Below are positions 22,101-35,000 of a stretch of 44,850 nucleotides of DNA, piece by piece. The stretch is from positions 1-44,850 of the forward strand of contig JAHLWZ010000408.1 in NCBI GenBank assembly GCA_020536535.1, in the 5' to 3' direction. Numbering within the stretch: the first letter of the stretch is position 1; each line of letters starts with the position of its first letter. Under the pieces are notes generated by a model. It was not told the DNA's origin and searched no databases. It worked only from the letters and a program-made list of their open reading frames with translations. The position numbers and the translations under genes were made by a program. The DNA comes from Pelomyxa schiedti (taxonomy: Eukaryota > Protista > Evosea).

Positions 22101-22963
22101 GTGGACCTGGGTTGTGGTCTTTCTCTGCCATTGGGAAACCGCCTAACTGGAGGGCCGGAAAATGACCTTGACCTGGATGATTTTGATCTGGATACAGAGC
22201 GGGAGAATCGTCGTTCCGATGGTGACCTTGAGTTGCGAGGAGATGGAGAGAATCGTCTAGGTGAGCCTCGTGAAGACCGGGTTCTTGATCGGGAACGAGA
22301 AAATGGTGACCCTGAACCAGAGTGTGGTAAGTTCCTTGCAGGGGAATTTCGTCTCTGTAGGAACTGTTACTCCTTGTTTTGGTGTATTGTATTGTATTAT
22401 TAAATTTATTATTATTAATAACTAGCAGTATATATGCGTTAGATATAAGAATATATACCCTGATGGGCGACCGAGAGAAAGAACGCTGGGATTGTGATCT
22501 GGACCTCGATATCGATCTAGACCTTGAATTTCGAGGTCTCTGCTTACCAGAGAAAGAACCAGATGAATATCCACGAGAAGCCGGTGACCGAGAAGTGTAG
22601 ACAGGCCGTGCTAATGAATTTGATCGCGAATATGATCGGGAACGAGACTGAGAGCGTGATTGTGACCCCCTCGGGCGCGGGGGGTGTGAGGCTCTAGAAA
22701 TAGGCCTGGATCTGGAACCTGAGCCCGATGTCGAACCTGAGCCTGAGAAAGAGCGCGACGGTGGTGATCGAGAGAGTGACCTCGAACTGGAACGAGGTCT
22801 ATGTGGTTGTGTGGCTACAAATTTAACTGGTGGTTGCTTTTTCTGCAAGCAACATATAATTAACGAAAGTAAGCGAAATAAGGTGCGAGGGAACCCATAG
22901 AAAAAAAGGGAGGAAAAAAGGAAAAAAACGGTTGAGGTTTTTTTTAAAAAAAAAACGCACCAT
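19126..22963 (-). CDS. SLAC1/TehA (TDT family) anion channel with very long Arg/Ser-rich N-terminal extension
   Basis: Exons: ATG 22961-22963, 22459-22842, 20774-22354, 20417-20730, then several short TM exons down to 19126. Motifs LRYFFASLFCIPMSFAALSIVW, GELFHHMKGNYY, GRWF..DCSPTCFLPVVGNF, LIPVIFLLMAPAALGGVAY, FTPNWWTLVFSV and TLMNALGHTLF parallel SLAC1 (EYFHPVRVNF, NPSSHLSVVGNF, LHPV...IAAPS, WWSYTFP, TLLHAFVWQTLF). Confidence 0.85.
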
Positions 22964-23692
22964 GTATGGAACAAACAAATAGCCAGTACAAACAAAAATG
23001 AAGGAATGCCTCACAGCACTACCTCTAGGAAAGTTTTTGATTATTACGTTTCGGTCAAATTTCCCTGTGTCAGTTTTTTGGGTACTTCGTCTTAGAAGAA
23101 ATCTGGTACTTGATTTTTTAGGAAAGGAAATTCCCTTGCGATCTGATCTGGTGGGCCTTAGCCAGAGTACAAACCACTCATCTGAACTACACGCACAGGT
23201 CACTCAGTAACGTGCAAGTTAGTTCTTTTTGGTGTTACTAGACATAAGTGGTTGAATAAAACAAAAACCCGAGACAGCATTCCAGGAAAAAAAGAGGGAG
23301 ATGATTTTGAGCTGCGCAGCCCCGGGCAAGGACCATGTCACTCATAAATTATGCTGGTTGGACATCAAGCGCCGGTGCCCAAAGCAACCGGGTGACACTT
23401 TGGAGTAGTCCTGCCGGGGAAATAGTGCCCAAAGTCTCAGATGTACCACCTGAGACACTAGGCAAAATTCGATGAAAGAAGTCTTCTCTTGAAAGCAAAT
23501 GTTGTGTTCCCAACTTCCTCTTCTGTCAGTTTGCATTTGCAATTACCGTTGGTTTTCGAAGTAGCACATCTCTTTCGCATCTCCCTCGAAGGTTGACCCT
23601 CGCACTGTTCTAATACTTGCCAACGCCCCTCCTGAAACTTAATTGTGGGAGTCCCTAATTCCCAGAACAAGTTGTTTTGTTACCCCTGGGGT

Positions 23693-26690
23693 TCAGGCGA
23701 AACCAGCCCAATGTCTGTAGTCGCTGAGTGTGTCTTCTATTATTGCGTTCGTGAGGCCGTACATCTCTGGTGTGTATCTAATAGCAACATGTAAGGCTTG
23801 TGTGTTTGCATTGTGGGTGACGTTACTTTGCCCGCCCGTGTTTTCCTTGGGGGTTGTCGTCCAAGTATTGTGCTGTTGCTTCTCTTGCGTCATCACTGTT
23901 GGTGTTGTTTTAATATGATGGAATTTGTGGCTTAGCATACTTGAATGGAATATTGAAGTGCTCATAAACCTTTTCAAGCTCACCCACAGGGTCCTTTATG
24001 AACTGTAAAATGGCGTTAATTTCTAAATAATTATTTACATTATATTTTATACAACTAACCACTTACAGTTGTGTACTTGAGATTGTAGTATTTGGATGAA
24101 TCCGTTTTAGCTTGCCATTGCATGGCTCTCTCCCAGGACAGCTTACACATCCATAGATTTATCCTACGAGAGGGTAAGGAGTTAATATCGTTGTTTTTAA
24201 ATGGCTATGACAATTCTCACCTCCCCAACATCCCCAGATCAAAGCACTGTTCTCTGAACATTGTTCTTGTCCAGGTCTCCAGTAGCCGGCACCACGAGGG
24301 AACACATTCGACAGGATCCCTGTGAAGAAATACAACTCCAAATGAAGGTTGGAATTCTTCCGCAAAACTTGATATAAACAGTGAGAGGGGAACAACTCTG
24401 ATCTCAAAGTACGCACCTATCCAAAAAGAGCATGTGGATGGGTGACTTCAGAACCCAATGTGTGACAGGCCATGTCGTTCCCTTAAAAAAAGTGAGTTCA
24501 TAGTACCAGTTAATTCAAAAGGCGAACCTGATTAAGCATTTGCAGAAACATTCGGATGAATTTATAGACATATTGTTTGTTGGTGGGATTGACGACCCAA
24601 TCTGTGTATTCTGGCCCACTTGCTCCAAAATACAAAACATGAAGACAAAGGTAAAATAATAGTACAACTTCCTCCTCTATGTACATTGAGATGGCACGAA
24701 TTGAACAAACTACATACCTGCTTCACCAGGTTCAATCAAGTGTGATTCGGCAACGTTCCTCCAAAAACCTGGGAAAAGTAGTTCCATCAAGTCGAACTTT
24801 GCCTGAACCTGATTTATTTCAGTAGGAGAAACCAGTGAGAATTACACGGACATCTGCTATTCTGCTATCGGTAGAAAGCTCTTCCTTTCTCTTAACGTAG
24901 GCCGTTGGATCAGCAAAATCTGTGAAGGACATGAGACTTCACTTCCCTCCAAATCAAGTGAACCTATAATCTCAAATAGGCGTAAAGAACGAGTCTTTGG
25001 CTGTGCTGCCATCATTCTACGTGGCATAACATGAAAAAACGGGGAAAAAAGTATCGTGTACCTGTGCATCAATGTTGTGCCACTTCGGAAATAGCCGGCA
25101 ATAAGAATGACTTTATTGACTCGGGATTCCGGCTGCGAAATGATTGGATGCTCCATAATGTGCTTAACTATCTGCCGAGTGATTAGCAATTGAAAATTGG
25201 AACTTAATAATACCTTTCTCCTTCCTTCGAGTATTCCTGTCTGCCACATATTGAACCAAAATTTCCCTGCGAATTTTGTTAGACTGTACCTCAAGTTTTA
25301 GTATCTCACTTCTACTTTATTCACTACCGATAAAATACCTGCAGGATTCATGGCGGCAGGGTTCATGTGACTGTAATATGTCTCTACACCGGTGAGGAAA
25401 TCCTCCTTTGGGCCAAATATATCTTCAAAGCCCGCGAAGTTGCAGGAGTCCCTTGCGAGCCTCCGCAGCCTGTCCAGGTGCAATGTTGTCCATGAAAAAT
25501 TTGTCCAGGTGATCCAATCCCCTACACAGTTCATTCCCCATGACAACCTTGTACAAATTACTAAATCATGTGTGATTCTGTAGAATACACAAGCAAACTC
25601 TCTGCGAGCACGAGCGCGAATGCCAAGACTGGGAGACTGACCTGCTGAGTCAGCACTCGGACCTGACATCTTAGGAAATCAAGTTCGCGGAAATCTACCT
25701 GATCGTTCACCTCGATTTCAAGTCGTTTTCGAGTCTTTATAAGCCCGACACTCCGACCTTAGAATCACGACCCAAACCTCATAAATCAAAACAAACAGCA
25801 AACAGAACAAATAATAGAATCTCTTCCATGATCTTGTGCTTGTTCTCTGCTTTCTCATCACACACTGAACTACACATCCCCACAGAAGCACACATTTTGG
25901 TGGAGGCTTTGCGGTGTTGATTCTCGAGCACTACAACAACAGCAACCACGAATACATGCACTACAACGACGAGATTCATGCACAACAAGCACTAGTACCT
26001 CACTGAGGATCCAGACCCTCGAGCTGAACTCTGAGCTCCACAGCACGTCATTCAAGCACAACACACTCTTGTNNNNNNNNNNNNNNNNNNNNNNNNNNNN
26101 NNNNNNNNNNNNNNNNNNNNNNNNNNNNNNNNNNNNNNNNNNNNNNNNNNNNNNNNNNNNNNNNNNNNNNNNAATCAAGTTCGCGGAAATCTACCTGATC
26201 GTTCACCTCGATTTCAAGTCGTTTTCGAGTCTTTATAAGCCCGACACTCCGACCTTAGAATCACGACCCAAACCTCATAAATCAAAACAAACAACAAACA
26301 GAACAAATAATAGAATCTCTTCCATGATCTTGTGCTTGTTCTCTGCTTTCTCATCACACACTGAACTACACATCCCCACAGAAGCACACAATCAACAATA
26401 GATGCAGATACTATCAAACAAAAACGCAGCAAATAATACCAAGATGTAGGAATTGGGTCGGCGCCAATCATTGGACCCAAATGAGCAACGTGAGTTGCTG
26501 ATGTTGCGTTCCTGACAGCTACAGACACCTTGTTATTGTACTCCGCATCGCTATCACTCTCAAAACTCCCTGTTTGCGTTGCTGATATATTTACAGGCTC
26601 TGATAGTGATGTTGTTGACTTGAAATCAGAAACGGCACATGACATGCACACTCCCACTGAAGCAGTACTCTGGTAATTTACAGTATGCAT
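23693..26690 (-). CDS. Sulfotransferase paralog 2, multi-exon (intron 1 enlarged and gapped)
   Basis: AHLGPMIGADPIPTSW|gt, SWGMNCVGDWITWTNFSWT, LIAGYFRSGTTLMHR, DDNPQGKHGR, YTPEMYGL...HWAGFA*. Confidence 0.85.
25569..25894. mobile_element. Hairpin-capped dispersed element (copy B) in intron 1 of sulfotransferase 2; 3' part repeated at 26173-26390
   Basis: Terminal hairpin tgtgtgattct-gt-agaatacaca; motifs gactgggagactga, agaacaaataatagaatc and cccacagaagc collinear with the element at 10289-10688. Confidence 0.45.
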
Positions 26691-26944
26691 CGCTTACTGT
26701 TGTTTTGTGCTTTGTGTTTGTTTGGTGTTGTTTTCTTTATGATAGTAGTCTTACAAAAAACCAACGGGGTTTTTCGTCTTGTACCTATCGGCGAAATTGA
26801 AAACATGCAACGAAATGTGACAGAAAACAAAATGTAAGATTTGTACTTGACTTCGCAAAAAAGTTGGGCTTACCAGCCCAGATAATTAAATGTTACACCA
26901 CACATGTGTGTAGTGAAGCTGTCTGTTTTATGGTAACGGGACGC

Positions 26945-29156
26945 CTATGGAAATTGGGCCGACCATTCCATGTAGTCAGAGAGAACACTGTGGATGAGCT
27001 CTTTAGTTAGGCCGTATCTCTCTGGTGAGTAACTGAGTGGTAATTTAGTGATTCTGTGTGTGGTAGGAAATAGAAAGAATTACTTGGCTCTTCCGTGTTT
27101 TCCTTGTTGGTTATTGTTGAGGTAGTCGATAGCTGCGGCTCTCGCTTCTCCACTGTGAAAGAAGAGAAGTGAGAGAACATATTAGTAAAAAGTACTCACT
27201 CCATGGGGATGTGGAAGTGGTTGTATATTTTCTCAAGTTCTCCCACTGGGTCTTTGGTAAACTGGAAAATGTTAATAGTCAAAGGAAACGTAGTAAGGGG
27301 AGTCTCACAGTACGGTACTGAAGGTTGTAGTACATTGATGGGTCAGTCTTTCTCTGCCAGGCCATCACTCGGTCCCATGACAACTTGCACATCCATAAAT
27401 TCAATCTTTGTAGTAAGTTTGTATTAGAAGGAGAGGCAATAGATAACTACCTGCCCAATAGGCCAAGGTCAAAGAACTTATCTTGGAAGAAGACACTAGT
27501 CCAAGTCTCCATTAGCCGGCAAAATGATGGAACTCCATCTACTGGATCGCGGTGGAGAAAAACAACTCCGAACGATGGAGAGAACTCCTCAGTAAAACTA
27601 GTGAAGGCGTTACTTAATGCTGCCACGAAAAGGATACCTATCCAGATAGAGCATGTGAAGAGGAGATTTAATAACCCAATGCGTGACTGGCCATGTTGTT
27701 CCCTGTGGGAAGTTAGTCTGTGGATTAGAAGTGTTTTATCTCCTGACCTGATTGAGCATTTGCATGAACATGCGAAGGAACCGATAAATGAAGTTCTTGT
27801 TTGGGTTTGCAATCCAATCCGAGTATGGATGTCCACTCACACCAAATGAAAGGACGTGAACAGAAGTGTACATAAATAGAACGACTTCTTCATCTACGAG
27901 AGGCAATTAACTATTTTTGAGACCCAACAAGTGAACCTGGCTCAGATGGGTCTGTGAGATGCGATTCAGCTACTCTTTTCCAGAACCCTGGATAAAGCTT
28001 CTCGAATTGGTCAAACTGAGCTCTACACTAGGTTTCCGTAAGTATAAGTTAGCTTTTTGTCTTGTAGGTGGTACCTGGGCAATGCGTGTATCAGTGGTGA
28101 GTTGTTCCCGGTTAGTGACATAGTGTGTAGGATCAGCAAAATCTTTACAGGGTCAGTGGCGAAGGCAAAGCAGAGGTAATTGTACCTATCATCTCAAATA
28201 CATGCAAAGACCGCGTTGCAGGTTGCGCAGCCATCATTCTGTGGAGTTTTTGAATAGAGTATAAAACTGTAAGAAAAAAACCTGTGCATTAGAGTAGTTC
28301 CGCTCCTAAAATAACCAGCTATCATAATAACTTTGTTGACACGTGATGATGGTTGGTATACATCCGGATTGTCCAGGATATACCTCACAATCTTTTTTTG
28401 GTTAGAATCCCGGGTCGGACTTGGTGGGGGTACCTTCTTTCTTCCTTCAAGGACTCCACTTTGCCAGGTATTGAACCAAAAAATACCTGGGATTCACGTG
28501 AGGTTCAAAACCGAGTAAGATAGGCTCGTTTTACAGATTATTTATTTCGTTTCGGTTACCTGTAGGTGTCATTTTTTCTGGGGACAGGTTACAGTAGTAC
28601 GCATCAACGCCACGAAGGTACTCGTCGGGTGTGCCAAAGACATCCTCGTAGCCTGGCATCTCGCAAGTCTCCCTAGCTGTTCGCCTGAGCTGTTCCACTT
28701 GCAACGCTGTCCAAGAAAAGTTTGTCCACGGCAGCAATGCACCAACTTTATCCATGCCCCATGCAATCCTAATATATATTAACCATCGTTTTCATGGGCT
28801 ATATAAACACAATGATAAATTTTTTGTTTTGTGGGATTAACGGGAGGTTGAGAATTTAATGCAATTTAATACCAAGAGAGGGGACTGGCAGGAGCACCCA
28901 AGTGTGGACCCAAATGAGCCAGGTCTGCTGCACAAGTGGCACCCCTGATGGCCTCACTCAACCACCCTATGTCCTCCCCATTATCACTACTCCCACTATT
29001 ACTGTTGGCTCTTGGAACATTGGTACAAGTTGTAGTTGTTGCTGATGGAATTGCTGCAGCGGTTGCAGTTGCAGTTTCAAGTGACGCAATCGCATTGGGG
29101 GCTGGTGATTGAGCCACTGCCGATGTGGCGGAAGTAAGTTGTGGGTCGGTAGCCAT
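26945..29156 (-). CDS. Sulfotransferase paralog 3, multi-exon (closest to paralog 1)
   Basis: AHLGPHLGAPASPLSW|gt, MDKVGALLPWTNFSWTALQV, IMIAGYFRSGTTLMHR, FLHRDPVDGVPSFCRL; exon sequence highly similar to 37-2330. Confidence 0.85.
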
Positions 29157-29497
29157 TGTGCTTCTTGGTCTTTTTAGTCCGATTCGAGGCGAACGAAAAC
29201 CTGAAACATCAAACACAGATCAGATCGCGATACATCTCGCTCCTGAATGAGAAGAAAACTCGGAGTCCCGCGGTACAGCCGAGACACGCATTGTTCCCCA
29301 AGTGACTTCTCTCTCCCTGAGTGATGGAAAAAGTCAGCAGAATCTGATGCGTTGAAAAAAGTTTTAATTTCGGCATAGGTGGCGGCGTGCGATACCTGCG
29401 GTGTTTATATTTTGAAGCAAAAACCGGAAAAGCTTTGGGTGTTTTGTTGTTGGCTATTCTGTGGATTTGCATTTGAAACCGAAATTGCAATTGCGCG

Positions 29498-31045
29498 ATG
29501 GCGAACCGCACGGACCCGTCGGCCAAGACAATCAAGGGAACAAACCCCCAGAATTTGATTGAGAAAATCCTCAGGCTTAGAATATACTCCAACAGTTACT
29601 GGAAAGAACATTGCTTTGGGTTGACTGGTGAAGTCCCCCCTCCTACTGTTGTTGTTTGGGTTTTTTTTTTTTTTTCGCCCCTTATCCCAACAAAAAAATG
29701 ATTGTACACTTTCGTTGTGAAGTAACGCGGAATAATAGCATCAACAATTGTTGACAAGGCTATGGAACTCACGGAAATTGGTGGCACCTATGGAGGGACA
29801 AAGAAGCCAACCAAATTCATGTGCCTGGTTTTGAAACTGCTTCAGATTCAGCCCGAGAAGGAAATTATTGTCGAATTCATAAAGAATGAGGACTACCGGT
29901 AGTCACCCAACTTTTAGTTTTTATACACCAAACAAATCAACAGGTATGTGAGACTTCTTGGTGCTTTTTACATGCGGCTTGTTGGGAAACCTGTTGATGT
30001 TTATCAGTACCTAGAACCCCTTTACAACGACTATAGGACTATACGCTACAAATTAGACCATGGTATCCCAGAACCATATAAAAATGATCACCAAGTTAAA
30101 TAAGGCCACAAGAAAAGCCACGTCGATGAATTTGTTCAATCACTCCTTACACAAGACTATTCCTGTGACATCGTTCTCCCAAGGCTTCCAAAGAGGTTCC
30201 CTCACCTTTTCTTTCCTTCTGAGCTGACTCCTTGGTAGGTGTATGTTGGAAAGTGTGGGCTTGCTCGAGAGGCGAATAAGCGCTCTGGAAGATGACCTTG
30301 AGGATCCTGACCAACCCCAAGTTCGTCCCAATCAAACTAAACAGTCCCATTAACCGAGTTAGGTTGAAATACCAGCACCTACATCAACTACTAAACCAGT
30401 AGAGCCCACATCAGAAAAACCAAAAGAGACCCATGCTGGAGACACCAGGGAGAAAAGTCGAGGTTCTGACAAAACAACAGATAGAGAGACCAGAGATGGA
30501 GACAGAGCAAGGGGGGAAAGGCACCACGAACATGAAGGGGAACGAGAGAGAGGACATGAAAGAGAAAAGGATAAAGGAAGAGATAGAGACCGAGATAGGG
30601 AAAGGGAAAGGGACAGAGATCGAGAAAGGGATAGGGATAGGGATAGGGAAAGGGACCGGGACAGGGGAAGAGATAGAGAAAGGGACAGAGAAAGAGATCA
30701 TAGTCATGACAGAACCTCAGAGCGGGATAGAGACCGGCAGCGGCAGAGAGAAAGTAGCAGAGAAAGGGACCACCGGCACAGAGAAAGCAGCAGAGAGCGG
30801 CACAGCGGAAGGGGAGAGGGCCGAGAACGAGAACGAGAACGGGAACGAGGCAAAAGAAAGGACAGTAGCCGGGAAAGAATCAAAGAAAGCAGAGGCAGTT
30901 CCACAACGAAATCCACAGACGGCAGCAGTCACCCCGGCATTACCAAAGCTGAAGAAGAACCCGTACCAAGGTACTTTCCCTATTCTGCCCAAACGGTGTT
31001 CTCATGTGGCACAGGAAAAGGGAACACAGCCGAGACAAAGATTAA
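29498..31045 (+). CDS. PRP38: Pre-mRNA splicing factor PRP38 (PRP38A type) with RE/RD-rich tail, multi-exon
   Basis: MANRTDP..TIKGTNPQNLIEKILRLRIYSNSYWKEHCFGLT, GGTYGG.KKPTKFMCLVLKLLQIQPEKEIIVEFIKNEDY, YVRLLGAFYMRL, YLEPLYNDYR. Confidence 0.95.
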
Positions 31046-31143
31046 GAACTGAGAGCAAACAATGTGTATTGCACAAAGGAAAGAAGCAATTCAACAAAAA
31101 AGGGGTGTATTTTTCCAAAAATGAATATAAACACAACAAACAC

Positions 31144-31907
31144 TCAGTCTGAGGACAGTCCCCACGCAGTTCTGTGTATGCAAGTAGATGCTGCAGCAGT
31201 CACACCCTTGGTTGTAGTGTACACTCTTTGGTGATGTTCTGCAACAGCTGCAACATGGTCTGCTGGGTGGGACCCTTTTGCCAATAGGTCATAGAGGTTA
31301 TCAGGAGTGAGAGCAGCCCCATCATCAAGTCCATGATGGCCACGTGGTGTTGATACTTGTCTAACCAAGTCAGGCCGAGTATAACACTGATAAGGCTCTT
31401 TGGACGATTTGGTGCAATCTGCCTTTGCATGTGCCCGTTTCCTGTACTTAGTTTGGAAACACGCAACCGCAACTAGTTTATAGCATACTTAAGCTCCTCA
31501 ATTATCTTATTTTGCGCATCAACGGTTTGTTGCCACTGCTTCTTCTCATCTATTGATTTCCACATCAGCTCTGTTAAATACTGAAAAAATTGAGGCTTTT
31601 TATTGGGATGTAGGGGGAGGAACCTCTGGGGAGACCCGACGAACGTCATGTGCAAATTTCAACCTCAAGTACCCCAAATTATCATAGAATTCCCAGCGTC
31701 TTTGATGGTCTTTTGTGTTGGCCAGCACGTCCTAGAGTGGAGTCACAAAAGGCGAAAAAAACTAAAAAGAAAATATATACGGACTTTAATGATAGACTCA
31801 AACAGATCGTCGTCATCTTCAGATGGCGACACTGGTGCAGTTGTGTCGCCGATAAGTGCCGCACTAGCGCCAGTTGACTGACTCGCACTCGCAGTAGATC
31901 CGAACAT
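31144..31907 (-). CDS. Small multi-exon hypothetical protein (short coiled-coil segment)
   Basis: MFGSTASASQ...SEDDDDLFESIIK, then YLTELMWKSIDEKKQWQQTVDAQNKIIEELK and a terminal exon ending WGLSSD*, linked by plausible GT-AG introns; no recognised motif. Confidence 0.5.
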
Positions 31908-32031
31908 TTTGCGTGTTCGTTGGGTTTTTGATTTTGTTATCTGCGGTAGTCACCATCACCTCATCGCTTCACCATTCTAAATTAGACTTATTGTTTGAAA
32001 ATTCGAAAACGAAAATATTCTTGTTGCCGTG

Positions 32032-35000
32032 TTAGAATCTTTTCGCCGAGAGCTTCTTTGTGAACTTGTCGAGGCCTATTGGCCTGCCCACAGCATCAAA
32101 AGTGATTCCCCTGCCTCTGGATCTGGGTGGGCTTGGTGACAAATCCGCCCTGCTGACTGCTATCCCTATTCCTCCTTTATAGGGACTTCTGGCTTTGGTT
32201 GGTGAGGGGCTTGTTGTTGCTGCCGTTTTGGACGGTGTTGATTTAGTTGGTGATGTGATTTTGGATGGTGTGGTGGTTGTGGTTGAGCTTGCGGTTGCTT
32301 TTGTTTTGGTGGGGCTGGGTGAAGTCGTGGCAGTTGCAGTTGCTTTTGCGGGTCTTCTGGCGGACTTTGGTGTTGATTTTGAGGGTGATTCCACAGTGGT
32401 GACTGATGATTCGGTTGTGGTGGTTGGTGCTGCCGGTGTTTGTGCTGTTGGTGTTGATGGTATTGTTGGAGTTACTGTTGTTTGTGGTGCTATAGGTGTT
32501 GCCGGAGTTGCTGGTGATGTTGTGGGTATAGCTTTAATGGGGGTTGATGTAGATGATTGCGGTGTAGGTTGTGTGGTTGTTGATGCTGGTGTTGCAGGAT
32601 TCTGGTTTTGAAGCGAGGCCTGATACTCCTGAGCTTCCGCCTCCATTTGCTTCTGTCGGTTTTCTTGGTCTATTGTGTAGGCCTGTGCTGGAAGTTCTCG
32701 GCTCATGCAGCTTCCGTTCCACCACTCCAAGCCGGTAATGCATTTGAGAACTTCAGCTCGCATATCAAGTGCCTCCTGAGGCAGTACAGGCATAGGTTGC
32801 TTTTTCTTTGGGTAATGTATTAGTTTTTCTGTCTGCCGGGAAAGACACCATACCTGCACACGTCTCATGCATATTTGGTATATTCTTTGCCAGAGGTGTC
32901 CATTGACGAGAAGGTGAGGTGCCGGCATGGGCACAACGAGCGGCGCCCAGCACAACTGTACAGACTCGCAAACTAAATCCAACAGCACTTGGATAATGTT
33001 GTTGATTTGTATTGCACGAGCTGACAGAACATGGGAAAGGGACTCGCAAAGCATCTCATGGAGTTCATAATCGTCGATAGGTGCGTCTGCCGGATTAAGC
33101 ACAGATTCTACTGCTGCTGGAAGAGTTGATAGCGCACTTGAGGCAGAGTGCGTTGCAGGGCTTTCGGGCGTGCTTGGTGTTTTCCTGATTCGTATAGCAA
33201 TTTTGCCTTTAGGTTTGCATGGGCTAGAAGACTCCACTGCAGAAGAACTTGGACTTGTGACCTGTGTCTGTTCAGTTGCTGTTGATGTTGTTGCGGCTGC
33301 TGCTGTTGTTGTTGCTACTGCTGCTGTTGCAGTTGCGGTTTCGGTTGCGGTTGCGGCTGTAAGCTTGGAAGGCGTTTCTGGAAGTGCATCCTTAGAGAGT
33401 GTTTGTACCTTTTCTTGGGGTTCTATAGCGGTAGGAACGGCCTGAGGGACTATTGGGCTTACAGGACCTGAAGCCGGAGATTGCGGAGGTACTTGAATGT
33501 CTGAAGACGGTATTGGGGTTGAAATGGAAACTGCGGCAGTTACTTCAGGAACGCTAGTTGTAGTGCCCTTGGCATCTGGGGTCATGGTACTCGGTTCACT
33601 CGTGTTTTCTTTTGATTCTGAATTTCCTTTGTTTGTTGTATTATGTAAATGCCACTCTAAAGGTAGCACGGAATTCGTGGGTAAACTGAACTCTTCTCCG
33701 CGATCCCCAGTGAATGTTTCTGAGGTAGTCTCCTCCAAAATAGCCTCAGATTTGTTGAGAGCTGCCGATACTACATCGATGCCTTCTTCATTTCCAGGTA
33801 GTTTTTCACCCTTAGAGCCCACAGCCTCTTGAGAACCCTTTTCCGCCTCTTTCTCTCGTGGTTCTGGCTCTCCTTCATCTTCCCCTTCCGAACTCTGGTC
33901 ATCTTCCTCCTCTTCCTCTCCTGATTTATCTTCATCTTCCTGTTCTTCTTCACTATCCTCACTGTCATCGTCTTCATCTTCATCAGTATCATCAGCCACG
34001 TGGATACTGGCAGTAACATCATTTCCATCACTGTCCTCATGATGATCTTCTTCCTCCTCCTCCTCCTCTTCCTCCTCTTCAGCTTTCACGTCGAATTTCC
34101 TCTCTTCATATGTATCTCCTTCAATATCTTTGAGATACGATGTTGGTTCCCCTTTTGGCTTCTCTTGGCTCGGACTATTTTGCGCTTCAGAGGAATTTGC
34201 TGGGCCATTGTTGGAGTCAGCTGCCTGGCTGTCACAGGGCTGTGCTACCGCCTCCCATCCATCACCCCAAGCCCAACGCCATGCAGAAGAAGGACCTCGC
34301 GTGTTCTCCCACTCCCAGTCCCCGCTGGGGGTGAAGTAGCCCACTGCGGGAGGTGTTCTGATTGCTCCAACAAACAGGGCGCCAGGTCTTGTAGATCCTG
34401 TTGCTAAACGGTGTGGTCTGCCTCTCCTTCCAGAACCTGCAGCTTCAGTCCCAGGAGCAGGGGCCTCGGGCTGGATTCTTGGTCTTCTTCGCTGAAAGGT
34501 TGATGATGATTTCTCGGTTCCAGCACCAAGTAGTAGGTCCACTCTCCTTTGAAGCTCCCCTGAGTCCAGTGGCTGTGATGGAGTCCTTGGGGTGGTTTCT
34601 GCTACTGGAGGTGAGCGTGCTGCCGGAGGGGGTGCAGGGATGCGGCGGGGTGTACTGGAATTGCTGGAGGGTCTTGTTATGATCTGCACCCATCCAGGAA
34701 CTTGGGCTTCCCTTTGTTGCCTAGTGGGTAGGGGTCCTGTTTGATGAGCGGATTGGGCCTCTGTTCGCCTAAAGGGATCAGCTTCCTTTTGAGGGAAAGG
34801 CGGAATTGCTGTTGGGATTGCCACTTCCGACTCTGCCTTATTAGGCGCACCTCTGCCAAAATCAACACTGCAGTCCTGCGTCTCGTTAAGGAAATTCAAC
34901 ACTGATGACAACGCACATAAGTTTCCTTCTGGGGATGTTCGAGATCGGGATAACGGCGAACATAAAAAAGCATCACTAAGAGTGTATCAAATTCCCATTC

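Noticed and set aside
21612-22403. Long antisense or alternative-frame ORFs (also 18072-19079, 15889-16626, 7526-8392, 2630-3595, 30433-31152)
   Set aside because: Shadows of GC-rich or low-complexity real CDS; no independent motifs.
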